Positions 30,263 to 45,137 of a stretch of 64,000 nucleotides of DNA are shown one piece after another. Source of the stretch: the human T2T-CHM13v2.0 reference genome, Homo sapiens; assembly GCF_009914755.1 (NCBI RefSeq), contig NC_060937.1; one strand, given 5' to 3'. Under the pieces are notes generated by a model. It did not search any database. It had not been told where the DNA came from and was given only the letters and a program-made list of their open reading frames with translations. The translations under genes were made by a program, and so were the position numbers. Position 1 is the first letter of the stretch, and every line of letters starts with the position of its first letter.

Positions 30263-31880
30263 TTTTTCTGTTTATTTCCTCTGTTTCTCATTCCTTTGTT
30301 TCTCTTTTCTTGACTTACTGTGGGATGCTTGAACATGATTTACGATTTCTCCTTGATTTATGTATAGTGCATTTTTAAGTTATTGCTTTGTATGGTTTTC
30401 TTCATAGTTGTTCTAAGTATTAAAATATGCATAAGCATTTTAACACAGTCTACTGATATTGCTGCTTTCTCTCCAAGTAGAATTAATGTAAAAATCTTCT
30501 AATTATATCCATTTACCCTCCCCAATTTGTGTTATAATTAAGAATTCGCTTGTCATGTACTGTACACAATGTATTTTATAATTTTTACTTCAACAAACTG
30601 ATGTAATTCAATAAATTTATAAGAATAGTGTATTACATTTACCTTTATTTCTATTAATTTCAATGTTCTTTCTTTTCTGAAGTTCCAAGAACTTCATTTA
30701 GCTGTTTTTTTAAGGTTAGTGAAAATTTGTCTTAGTTTTCCTTCATCCGGTGATGTTTTATTTTGTCTTTATATCTGACGGATAGTTTTGTCACATATAG
30801 AACTTGCCCTTGATGATTCTTTTAGTGCTTGAAACATGTGATGCTATTTCTTTTTTACCTACATTGTTTCAGAGGAAAAATCTACTGTTTTAGAAATTTT
30901 TTTCTCTATAATTTGTCATTTCTCTATGAATGCTTCCAAGATTTTTCTTTATAATTAGTTTTTTGAGAGTTAATTATCATGTGTCTTAGCATTTTTTTTA
31001 GGTTTATCTTATTTGAGATTCAGATTCTTAAATCTGTAGATTTATGTCTTTCACTAGACTTGGGGAGTTTTCATCCACATTTCCTTTGAATATTTTCTCA
31101 GACCCACATTCTTTCTCCGAGATTCTGTACTTTTTTTTTAGTCTATTTACTTCTGTATTACTCAGATTTGATAAATTAAATTGATCTGACCTCTAGTTCA
31201 CAGAGTCTGTACTGTTATCTCCACTCTACTATTAAGTCCATCCAGATGTTTTGTTTTTTTTTTGTCATTGCATTGTTTAGCTCTATAATTTGCATATAGT
31301 TATTTTCTGTAACTTTTATATCTTTATCACATTTTTTTCTTTTTTTATTTGATTCAACAGATTCATCATTCTTGCTAAAGCAATTTTGTGATGACTGATT
31401 CCAAATCTTAGTTAGATAAATCTAACCTCTGAATCATTAATTGGATGTAGGCAAGGTGGAGTGAATGAACAACTCCCCATTCATCACAGCTGAAATTATG
31501 GGGGCATGAAGAGAATGGTTTTCTGAGGTTGTTTGGAGTATAGTTTGTATTATGAAAAATGTTTCCTGTTTTTTTAGGCCAATTTTTTTCTCAGTCCTAT
31601 GGCTACAAAGTCAGGTTTTTTGTGTGTGTACTTTTATTTGTCATTGCCTGTTGGTGTTTCTGGCTTGTAGACTTCTGCAACGTCCTGTCTGAGATATATG
31701 AAAGCCAGTAAGGAAACCAAGGACCCACTGCTGAGTCATTCCTCAAAGCACAAGGTCTTTTAGTAGGCTGCCAACTTCTTTCCAACTTTTCCAGTTTTTC
31801 CTATGCTTGTTTGTTGTTTTGGCTCAGTATATTTTAGTAGCAAGAGGAAGGACCTAGGAGGAATGAGGCTATCCATCTTG
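30263..31880 (-). mobile_element. Ancient L1 (L1ME/L1M-like) 5' region and ORF1
   Basis: T-rich strand with typical antisense ORF1 phrasing (GGATAGTTTTGTCACATATAGAACTTG, CTTGGGGAGTTTTCATCC); ends at the reverse complement of CAAGATGG, a common L1 5' motif. Confidence 0.6.
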
Positions 31881-33732
31881 GCCAGCTCTTAACTGTTGTT
31901 ATAAATCTCTGAGGATCAGGTCTCCCTGTGATGGTCTGACCTTGCTACTTGCCACTTATTACAGTAATTGCATCCACCTGGACTCTATTATTTTGGAGCC
32001 CTGCCATGCACACTGATTATTTGGATAGAGTCCAGCATGGGTCCCTTGCACTCCTACACATACTGTTGGATTTGTCACTTTTCTTAGGATTGTTTATGCA
32101 GCTACTAGTTCTGAAAAATCAGGTCATATTTTCTTCCACACAAAAAGCCACCTTGCTTCTGCTTGCCAGTAACTTTAATATTACTCTGACTATGGCTATT
32201 GCTGTAAGTACAAATTTGTCTCTGATCCAGGAGAATCTCGTCCTTCGCTAGTATCCATGAAATTTTGGCAGACCAAAGTATTACCTTCCATTAAGAGTAA
32301 AATCAATACCTTCATAGCCATCATCAAGCTTATGTCCTTAATAATTTCCTATATTATCATTCCTTATCTATGGAAGACAGATACTGTGTTTTCTTTCCAG
32401 TGCATTCCTTTTTGTCTTAGTGAGACACGTATCCCGTTTCTTCTAACAGAGCATAATTATTTGTTGTATATGTCAGTTTTACATAATTATTTGTTGTATA
32501 TGTATATGTCAGAATAGATAACGTATCTATTCTATCTTGTTTATTTCTCTGGGCATTTTAAATACTTCTTCTATGGTCTGTCACAATAATTCTGATGTAC
32601 TAACTATATTTAGTATTAGATATAACTTTTACAATACATCTAGGAGCCATTGTAGTGGCAACTTTGCACAGTCTCATGTGGCCCTTTACAGAATTTTAAG
32701 TCATGTATCCAGAAATGTGTTCCTAATTTGATTGTATTCTGACTCCTGCTGGTACATACCAGCTAAACCTTACAGCTGCCTTAGAGATTTAGTCATTTTT
32801 TCTTATCAGAGCCAGAACATCACTGATGAGGTTATACTGTTGCTTAATTTTAGCAATAGACATCCTTCCAAGAAGAAGGTCTAAGAGCAAAATTGGGGTA
32901 GGGAAACATGGTATATTTTAGGAGAGAAGAAACTTCTGCATCAGCTCCAAGCAAGGAGAAAACACTAGATCTCAAAAAGGAGGACAAGGCCACTTTTCCA
33001 TGCTCATCAGGTTCAAGAAAACATGCTGATTCACAGTCTGATTATTATCAACCCAGATGCTGTTTGCCTCATATTATGTGTCAATGCTTTATGCTTTTGT
33101 AACTGGTTTATGAACTTGGCCAAACAGATCTGCCCTGTTTGGGAATTTAATACTCTTTGGAGCTTGGCTATTCTTTTGATTAAATCCCAGATCTGGTCCC
33201 CAGATTTTTTTTTTCTCCCTTTTATTTTAGGAAAACAGTGTAAACTACCCAGAGGACATCTAGTTACACATTTAGCATTCAGTTAGCAATTCATCTGGCT
33301 CAGACTTACATTATATTCTTCCAGAGCTCTGTTGCTCTTATCGATAGCCATCAAGTACATTATTTTATGTCCCCCATATATCTAAAATGCTTGATGTATC
33401 CCAAGTTAATGAATTATTTCCATCAGTATATGTCATTATATATGCCACTAGTATAAGTGCTAGTAGTTGTACTGCCCCTTTTGTAAGACGTGCTGCCATA
33501 GATGGGACCCTCATTGTTAGGCTGACAGTGAGGTATTCCATATTACAGCTTTCTTTTTGTCACATATTGGTTTCTGTAAAAAGCCATTTCCTAGGTGAAT
33601 TTTTGCATGCAGTTTTCTATTCTTTATTGTGCAGATTTTTTTTGGATAAACACTTCTGGAAGAAGAGGGAGGGAAACAGGAGTGGAAAGAGGAAGAAATC
33701 AGCCTGCATTGAAGGCCCAACAAGTCTCAGTC

Positions 33733-34028
33733 TTTTTTTTTTTCTTTTGAGACAGTCTCACTCTGTCGCTCAGTCTGGAGTACAATGGCACGATCTTCGT
33801 TCACTGTAACCTCTGCCTCCTGGGTTCAAGCGATTCTCTTGCCTCAGCCTCCTGAGTAGCTGGGATTACAGGCATGTGCCATGATGCCTGGCTAATTTTT
33901 GTATTTTTAGTAGAGACGGGGTTTCACCAGGTTGGCCAGGCTGTTCTTGAACCCCTGACCTCAGGTGATCCACCCGCCTCAGCCTCCCAAAGTGTTGGGA
34001 TTACAGGTGTGAGCCACCCCACCCAGCC
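33733..34028 (-). mobile_element. Alu (AluSx-like)
   Basis: Poly-T, GAGACAGTCTCACTCTGTCGC...GGGATTACAGGTGTGAGCCACC. Confidence 0.95.
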
Positions 34029-34029
34029 T

Positions 34030-35120
34030 AGACAGAGTTTTACTTCAGACATGTCTCAAAGTGAGTGGGTCCAGTTGGTCCCTAAACTCATCTTGTGGTT
34101 ATTTTTTCAATTCCAGAATGCATAATTGAAACAGATATACTTAGCAGCGTGGAGAATTTCCATATTGGTTTCCTGATATGTGGTATGAGGGCTCTTATGA
34201 TGGGAAAGGCTAACTGGAAGCCATTAGAGCTGCCTCTACCTAAGAAAATAGCAAATAACGACCAATATTGCATACTTACATGGCTGGCAGAGATCAGTAT
34301 CACCATCAAAAACTTTAAAGATGTAAGTATGTTGATTACCACCACATTCTCATTCAACTTGCCTACTTAAGCCTTGTGCAGAAAACAGATGAACCTCTGA
34401 AAGAATTGTGGATTATTGTAAACCTGACCAAGTGGAAACTCAAGTTGCAGCTGCTGTAGCAGATGTGGTTTCATTTCATAAAAGTAAAACACATCCTGAT
34501 ACCTGTATGCAGCTATTGATCTGGCAAATGCCTTTTTCCCATCCTTACTCATAAGAAATAATAGAGACAGTTTGCTTTCATCTGATAAGGCCAGCAATAC
34601 ACCTTTACTGTCTTACCTCACAGGTTCATCAGCTTTTCAGCTTGATGTCATCATTTAGTTTACAGAGATCTTGATGTCTTTTTCCTTTCACAGATGAATT
34701 ACATTGGCCCATTACATTGATTAAATTATTCTGATTGAACACTTGTGTGCAAGAAGCAGCCACTATTTATTACTTATTAGTAAAACTTTTGTGTGTCAAA
34801 GGGTAGAAAACACATATGATAAAAATTCAGGGGGCATCGGGGGGTCCTACTTCAATGGAAATTCTAGGAGTTCAGTGGTGTGGGGCATGTTGAAATATCC
34901 CTTCTAAGGTGAGGGAAAAGTTGTTGCATCTGGCACCTCCTACAACCAAAAAAGAAACACACAATAGGCCTAGTGAGCCTATTTGGATTTTTAAGACAAT
35001 ATGTTCCTTATTTGGCTCTGTTACTCCAGCCCACTTACCCTGTGACTGCAAAACTACTCGTTTTGTATGAGGCCCAGAGGAAGAGAAGGCTCTGCAACCA
35101 GTCTAAGCTGTTGTGCAAGC
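34030..35120 (+). mobile_element. ERVL (HERVL-like) pro/pol fragment, decayed
   Basis: ORF 34095-34370 (PECIIETDILSS...MGKANWKPLELPLPKKI...AEISITIKNFKD) resembles ERVL Pol. YAAIDLANAFF near 34505; HYID* (broken YIDD) near 34710. Confidence 0.88.
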
Positions 35121-35387
35121 AATCCAGCAGACCTGCTTAAAGATTAGATTACTGCATATTGGAAAAGATGAGAACAGTTTCAAAAAATATTGTATTTGGG
35201 AAAAATACAAAATGTGAGGTGTATTTTGACATGCACAGAATACATTTCTAGAGGTGGAAAAACACAAAAATAGTAAATTAAGAAAATTTTGATATATTTA
35301 GAGAAGACTAGTAGACTAATGTGAGAAAAAATACACTAATAGTTCAAAACAAAAATTAAAAAATATATAATTTGAGACTAAGGTATG

Positions 35388-35970
35388 TGTAAGGTACATG
35401 GGTGTACTTTGGTCAACAATAGGCTGACGCAGACATCTGAGCCAGAGTGACTCAGCGAGTTTGGAGTGCAGGTGTATAACTCCACTTGTTATATAACCTG
35501 TTTGTGTAAGCTCATACATGGCTTGGAGCCACTATTGTTTGAAAAAGATATAACTGCCCTGCTGACACTGTATAGGCACTCTTGCAGCCAGAGAAAGACA
35601 GAGTGCTAAAGCTGTCCATCTTGTAGACGGACAGGGGGAAGCTAGGGCATGGCACAGCTCGTCTCACACACACCCAGAGAGACAGTATTGCTACTGACCC
35701 CTGTAAAGGAGAGCCAGTCACCTTGAAGGCCAGCAGGGGGGATCCAGAAACCAGCTTGTGCCCAGAGGGAAAGAGTTAAGCTGCTGACTCTGACAGAGCT
35801 GGCCTTGCAGGCCAGGGAGTACAGCTTCAGGCATGGGGGTGGCAGGAGCCACAGAGCCGGCTGCTGATATGAGACACAGCTGGAGCAGAAAGCTGAGTTA
35901 AAGGCGGACAGCGTGAGTAAGCTGCTAATGAGAGAGCTGCTGAATAAAACTACATCTCACCTGCCTACCC
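35388..35970 (+). mobile_element. LTR18-like ERVL LTR
   Basis: TGTAAGGTACATGGGTGTACTTTGGTCAA...GAGTGACTCAGCGAGTTTGGAG start; AP-1 TGACTCA at 35448-35454; AATAAA at 35943-35948. Family from memory. Confidence 0.7.
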
Positions 35971-35996
35971 CTGAAATGGGGTAAAATTATATGAAT

Positions 35997-36398
35997 TATT
36001 AAATTAAGTTTAGCCTAAAGCTGTGTCCTTACATATTTTAAGTTCAGTAAAGGTTTTTCTGTGCATAGTGAACAGTATCTTAACTGGATGTGTAAACAGA
36101 CTGCAACCTACTCTTGTACCAATCACCAAGTTTCAGCCAATTAAAGGTGGCCAACTGTTCAAACCATACTCAAATAAGGCAAACTCTGAGCTGGAACCAA
36201 TCCAGCAGTTTCTATACCTCACTTCTGTTTTCTGCATGTCACTTTCCTTTTCCTGTTCATAGACACTCTATGACCATGGGACAGTGCTGGAGTATCTCTG
36301 AATCTAATCTTGTTTGAAGGCTGCCTGGTTTGTGAATTGTCTTTTGCTCAATTAAACTCTGTAAAATTTAACTGTAGAAAGGTTTTTTTCTTTTAACA
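35997..36398 (+). mobile_element. MER57-like ERV1 solo LTR
   Basis: T(A)TTAAATTAAGTTTAGCCTAAAGCTG...several CCAAT boxes...TTTTAACA end. Confidence 0.8.
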
Positions 36399-38229
36399 TT
36401 ATTAATCTGAAACAGGATGGCAGGGTTTAAAGATGGTGGTGGTGATGGTGGCAGTGAGGATGATGACTGCTATTATATTGATTGTAATTGCTTACGTGTG
36501 TGAGTATGTGTGCATGCCTATGTCTGTGTAGTTGTGTGCAGGTAGGAAGAGAGAAAGAACGGGGAAAGGAAAAGGAAAGAGGAGAGACATAATTTAACAA
36601 ATGTCTTGTTTTCCAACTGAAGAAAGAAAAACAAGCATTGCTGAGAATGCTAGCAATGTTGGGATTTCTCCTTCCTATTTGCTTGGTGTCTCTGCCTCAT
36701 ATTTCTCAATCTTCCCTTTTCAGGGGAATACAAACAGCCAAGACCTGTGGAATTTACATATGTAGTTACACTCTTCTCTCATTTCTAGTCCTACAATTAC
36801 AACACTAATTCATATTCTTAGTTTTATCTCACCGGGACCGTTGCAATAGTGTCTTAAATAGTCTCCTTATGTTCAGTCTCTTTTCTCAAAAGCAACACAT
36901 ATGCTGTGTTTTTATTTACTTTGGCTCCTTAAAAGTTTCCCATTCTTCAATGATAGGTGCTTAGGCATTTGAGGAACTCCATTGACTAGCTTATGTGGTT
37001 CCAATTGTCATTTATTGCTATTTTACACATAGTTTGTGTCATTGATTATTTTTGCCACTGACACTGGAATTTTCAGACTATTACTTTTCTTAAATTTCTC
37101 ATTTCGGCCCATAAAATCTCTTCCTTTACCACTATCTAGTAAAAATTATTACAATCACTTATATTTTCAAACACTGTTTCTCCATCTAGTCTGTGTGAAT
37201 CTGAACTTATAATTTTTTCTTCAGATCATAGTTTTATGCAACTAATAATAAGGTAACCTACATAATAACTATATGTGTGCTTCTTATTACCTGCCTTAGT
37301 CTGATAAGTTACAGTTTAAGAGTAGATAAATTTAAAGTCTTTTAAAATTATTTTATTAGCCTTTAATGTTGGTAAGGAATAATTATAAATGTCAGTTTGA
37401 TCAACTTTTGCAGATTCATTAAATTTTTAAAAATCTTGTGGATTTTAAAGCAAGTGCTAATTTATGCAACTCTCAAGTAATTGTTTTATTTGGGGGGAGA
37501 CGACATATTCTTCATTTCTTAAATTTTATATACACATTTTGATAACTTGGTAACCTATAAAAAGCAAAAATATCAAGTAAGTCCTGAAACTACAGCATAT
37601 TATTACTGTAGAATATAGTTTTACTGTGAAAAATGAACAGAAAGTACTAAAAACACAGAGTAACTTAAAAGAATGCTAATATAAATGTATTTACAACCTA
37701 CAAGTTGTAATCCCTTTTGATTACATTTGAATATGGTTTGAACACAGCAACTTAAAAGAATGGTAATATAAATTTATTTACAACCTATAGACTAATCCAA
37801 TAAAACAGTTAAAAATATTTAAACATAGCCTTATCCAGTTTTGTTTTTTGTAAATGCCAAAGGCTTAGTGTTTCAAATGATCTGCATTTTCAAAGATCAA
37901 TATTGCTATTTTCAATTTTTTATATTTATCTAAGTTCTAACTATAGTATATAACATTTACATGTGTGGCAAACACTATTTTAGAAGTTGGAACTTTAAAT
38001 ATTAACTCTGTTATTTTATATATTAGCAGCAACTAATTCTAGAAGTCCCAAAACTTTTGGAAACTTATTTAGAGATGCATATATATTTGAAAAAAAAATT
38101 AGAAAGTTTTAATAAAAGCAAAGATTAATTAGTCTTTTATCTTTTAAAGGATTCACAATATATAAATTTTATACCCCTTCAATATTATCTTCATTCTCAT
38201 AAGAACCCAGGAAATAAAGTATATCAGTT

Positions 38230-38450
38230 GTGAATATATTGACATAATAATAATGATAAAAAACTAATATTAATTCATAATTTAATATATACCAGCAATT
38301 TTACTATGCTTATGACATGAATAACTTATTTAAAACACTCCCATTTTACAGTTGAAACCATGAATGGTTCAGAAACATGCCTGACTTAAGAGAGTGGAAT
38401 TTGGCTGGAATTCCAGGTTTGACCTTCTCCACTGCCAGGGTTTTAAGACC
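38230..38450. mobile_element. MIR fragment
   Basis: CCCATTTTACAGTTGAAACC...GCTGGAATTCCAGGTTTGAC, MIR core-like. Confidence 0.45.
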
Positions 38451-40494
38451 TACTGGTGCTTCACAGACCTGCAATTACTTTTTATTAAATTGCTAAGTCC
38501 ATGCCTATGTCTTTGCATTTTGATCTGCATTTTATATTATTTATCATTTATTTTCGGGGACTTCAAAGTGTAAAGCGCTTATTTTAGGCCCTGCAGTGGG
38601 AAGGAGACATGCAGGTTAATTTTTCCTGCCACATTTATCCTACACATTTCTGAGAGACAGAGCAAAAGCTGTGAAGGGGGATCCAAAGTGTCAGGAAACA
38701 AAAGCTTACATCAACAGTAAAGACAAAGAACAATAAACTATGAATGTAGGTTTATTCAATACATTCGCCTGACAGATTTAATTTCTGCTCATTAGAATTG
38801 TATTTATGATGGTAAAATACGACTTTGCAATATATTTTTTATAAGGTAAAATGCACAAAAATTTTATAGTAGATATTTTTGTTCTCTTCTAGGACTCATG
38901 CTGTTTATGAATTTATAAACTATTAAAAATATTAAAACATGTTTAGTAATTCATATTCTATATTATTGTAATTTTAAGTATTTTGGATAAGAATTAAAAA
39001 TATTCATTTGTTAAGCAATGACTTATTTCTGTTTGCAAAGTTTTAATAAAATGCAAAACCATATTCAGGAAAGATGGTTTAAAATTTTGCAGACACTTAT
39101 CACGTGATGGTGCAGAGATGCTATTACTGTAACTGTGATTGCATCCTCTACACAATTTCACCAAATTCTGATTGTTAAGTCTATTTGTGTCTTTTTTATT
39201 TCTTCCTTACAACAGGTAAGCTAATCTTGCCATCTCTTTGTCCTTTGCCTACGAGAATGTTTGGAGTCTCTCAAATTGAATCCAGTTACTTCGTAGCAGG
39301 TCCAGCCTTGTCAATGCCAATAAACATGGTCCAACAAAAAGGAAATAAGTAACACGGTCAGTCTAAAGAAGAAAACTGGCAGGTCTGCCATGCATTTTAT
39401 GCTGACCACTGCGCTTCTACTAATTTAGACTAAAGTCACATGAACTACTTCGGCATTTACGTCAAAATGTTAAGTCATTGATGTTTGTGTCAACTGAAGT
39501 CCATAAGAATTTTTGTTTTAATATAATCTGCTGTTACGGCCATTTGGTTCTTTGAAATTAATTTCATGGCTTTCACTTGCAGTTATTAGAGGTCACTTGT
39601 CAGATGTGGTCTATTTTTCTAGTCTGTCAAAATCATCTTTGTGTCACAATTTTGTTCTCTAATGTTTCATGTTAACAAAAATATATCTATATGCTATCTA
39701 CATGCTAAAATTAAGCCAATGATAAATATATTCAATAAACAAAGGTCAAGTTTAAAATATAATTTATTATTATTTTGAATACCCTTATTCAAAAATTACA
39801 TCCACAGTTTAAAAATATTTTATTACTGCAGAGCAAGCACCATGTTAAGCATGATTTCCCCTTGAAATTAAATACCCTTATTCAGAAAACATATATATAT
39901 ACACATATTCATTTATATTGTATGTATAGTTCTTGTTCTATCATATATTTAGATAGTTTTCAGTATTTCCCAAATAGGCTTACAAAATATTAGGTTTATT
40001 CCATCATTTTTGTCATAAAATCCTTTTAAAATGATATTTAAGAATGTATCAATGTTAACGCTGTCTGATAATGAAACCATTATTAGTTACACAAAAACTT
40101 CATGAAGATAGCTAAACAGACAAACAAACTCTCCCTAACTGAAGTAAAAACTAACATACAAATTGATGCTAAAGTCATGAAAGAAAAAGAGATGACCTAT
40201 GCAAAGGAAATCGATGCTCAAGATTTCTGTAAGTCTGTCAGGTCAGAAAATAGAACATGCAGCAAACATGAAAATGAACCTTCTTCTACCTTTTATAGAA
40301 TATGTTAGTTCACTGATGTTGAAAGAACAATATATTTAAATTAGTAACATCAATACTAAATAAAAAATTCTGTTGATTATTTTATTTTTTAAATTAAAAT
40401 GTTGATTAAAAGCATCAATTATTTAAAATAATAGTAAAATTAGTAGACAACCCATACAACATATTTTACAATTGTTACGTATCTTATTTAATAG

Positions 40495-41587
<1,093 letters not shown>

Positions 41588-41995
41588 TTATACGTAATTT
41601 ACCATACTAAAGAATGCAGCGCTAAGTGAGAAGCAACTGAAAGAACTAAGATCAAATGTGATAGTTAAGACTAAATATAGATTTGGGGAGCTTCAAGTCA
41701 ACAATAAAGGACCAAGGGTTCCGAGCGGCCTCGTTAATTGACGTGAGCGAATTCAGATGTAACTCAAGCTTCATAGAGGGCTTTTCAAAAATAAAAAGCT
41801 GATTCCGTGCAAGAGAGCAAAGTTGCTGCTTACTGTTCAGAGACTTACAGGTGCTTGCCTGCATTGCAACAGGGACTCATTTATTCAGCAAGACTTATAT
41901 TTTTCTCTTCATTTTGGAGAGCCTAATAAACTGTTATTAGAACTTCTCTACTGACTTTCAAAATTTTGAAGTTTGAAAGACACCTTTGCAACTAA

Positions 41996-42169
<174 letters not shown>

Positions 42170-42710
42170 TAGCAAGCACAGTGTATGACCACCACTATTA
42201 GGCCTGGTGACGACTGGAAAAAGACTATAAAACTCCCTCCAAAGGATCTAAGAATCAAAACTTCGGAAGTGCCCTCCACACTCCAAACAAGAAAATGAGT
42301 TTGAAGATTATTGTTTGAAACGGGAGTTACTGAAGGGAATTTTTGAAATGGGCTGGGAAAAGCCACCTCCTGTTCAGGAGGAGAGCATTCCCATTGCTTT
42401 ATCTGGTAGGCATATCTTAGCTAGAGCAAAACATGGAACAGGCAAGAGCAGAACCTACCTCATTCCCTTACTTGAACGGCGAGATCTGAAGAAGCACAAT
42501 ATACAAGCAGTGGTGCTTGTTCCGACTAGAGAACTTGCTCTACAGGTCAGTCAAATTTGCGTCCAGGTCAGGAAACACATGGGAGGGGCCAAAGTGATGG
42601 CAACCACAGGAGGAACCAATTTACGAGATGACATAATTAGGCTTGATGATACAATGCACGTAGTGATTGCTACCCCTAGGAGAATCCTGGATGTTACTAA
42701 GAAAAGAGTA

Positions 42711-43012
42711 GCCCGGGCGTGGTGGCTCACACCTGTAATCCTAGCACTTTGGGAGGCTCAGGTGGGCAGATCACGAGGTCAAGAGATCCAGACCATCTTG
42801 GCCCATGTGGCGAAACCCTGTCTCTACTAAAAATACAAAAATTAGCTAGGCTTGGTGGCGTGTGACTGTAGTCCCATTTGCTTAGGAGGCTGAGGCAGCA
42901 GAATCGCTTGAACCTGGGGAGGCGGAGGTTGCAGTGAGCTGAGATCATACCATTGCACTCCAGCTTGAGCAGCAGAGGGAGACTCCATCTCAAAAGAAGA
43001 AGAAGAAAAAAA
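42711..43012 (+). mobile_element. Alu (AluSc-like) inserted in the DDX6 pseudogene CDS
   Basis: TSD AAAAGAGTA at 42702-42710 and 43013-43021; GAGGTCAAGAGATC diagnostic. Confidence 0.96.
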
Positions 43013-43474
43013 AAAAGAGTAGCAAAGGTTGATCATGTCCAGATGATAGTATTGCATGAGCAGGCAGATAAGTTGCTGTCACAGGATTTTGTGCAGATAA
43101 TGGAGGATATTATTATCGTGCTACCTAAAAACAGGAAGATTTTACTACATTCTGCTACTTTCCCTTTTAGTGTACAGAAGTTCATGAATTCCCACTTGCA
43201 GAAACCCTATGAGATTAACCTGATGGAGGAACTAACTCTAAAGGGAGTAACCCAGTACTATGCATGTATAACTGAGCTTCAAAAAGTACACTGCCTCAAC
43301 GCACTTTTCTCCAGGCTTCAGATAAACCAGTCGATCATTTTCTGTAACTCCTCTCAGCAAGTTGAATTGCTAGCCAAGACTTCTCAACTAGGTTATTCTT
43401 GCTTCTATATTCATGCTAAAATGAGGCAGGAACATCAAAATCGTGTATTTCATGATTTCCGAAATGGCTTATGA

Positions 43475-43768
<294 letters not shown>

Positions 43769-44514
43769 TAAAAAGCATGCTTTGACAAACTACAGACGGC
43801 TCGTTTGGATCTGTGACACATCGTTTTGAGGGGAATGCTCTTCTCCTTGTGGGTTTTTCATCTTTTATTTTGGAACTATGAAGACTTAAAAGAGCTGAGA
43901 CATTTTTTCTTTTTTAACTGGTGATGAGAAAAAGGCTGAGAAGAAGGAATATACCTTTTTGGTTCCACTTGTTTGCACTATGTGCTGACTGAACATTAGT
44001 TGCACTAACTACTGGTTTTTAAAAAATGTTTTCTGGGGAAATGGGACAAGGAAGGAAAAGAAAGGAGAGAAGGAGAGAAACCCTAAAAAGAGAAGAATCT
44101 TGATGAGCACACAAGTTTGTCTATGATTTCAAAATTCTCCAACAGCTGACTCTCAAGTGCATTTCAACTTCTCCTGATTACTCAACCGTTTTGTAAACCT
44201 GAAGAGCTTATTACTTATTTGTGCGAAGTGCCTTATGCTGTGAGACCATTCAGAATATCATCTTTCAGACCTAGCCCAAGGAATCAACAATAGTAACTCT
44301 TTCCTTTTTTCTTTTTCTTTGAAAATATTTTGTCTTTTCATTTTAGTTTCAAGTTGAAGCCTCTTCCCTTTCTACCCAATACTCAAGCCCAGGGCTGGAA
44401 GATAAAACTCATTAGTAATTTTAGACACCATTTTTTTTTCTTTATGTGGAGGAGTTGATATACAACTGCAGTTCATCCACACTGTAAATACATGTATTTT
44501 AAAAAAACAATCCT

Positions 44515-44859
<345 letters not shown>

Positions 44860-45093
44860 TCATCACTCCCAAAGCAAAGAGCAGTCTATCATTGCAGGAG
44901 CCATATGACAAGACTTTGTGCTCTACAGCAGACACTAAAGACTGGTATACACACGCCTCCCATAGCAGTATGGCGCTTGATGTGTAGACATGTCAGAGCC
45001 TTGACCCCCTTTCCTCTGTGGCAAAGCGTGTCCTGTAGAAAATTCGGTGTGTATACTTGTATAGACTTCGTAAATAAGTTTTTTTCTTCTGGG

Positions 45094-45137
<44 letters not shown>
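45094..45137 (+). repeat. (GATA)11 tetranucleotide microsatellite
   Basis: Perfect GATA tandem of 44 bp. Confidence 0.97.

Noticed and set aside
34030-35120. Plus-strand ERVL pol as an inverted piece of the upstream minus-strand ERVL
   Set aside because: Both appear to contain the same pro/RT junction with very different sequence, so they are more likely independent insertions. The RT motif is broken, so domestication is not supported.
39200-39600. Non-repetitive stretch with a few CpGs, possible conserved element or lncRNA exon (similarly 49.5-49.9 and 58.1-58.45 kb)
   Set aside because: No ORF or diagnostic motif; cannot be supported without conservation or expression data.
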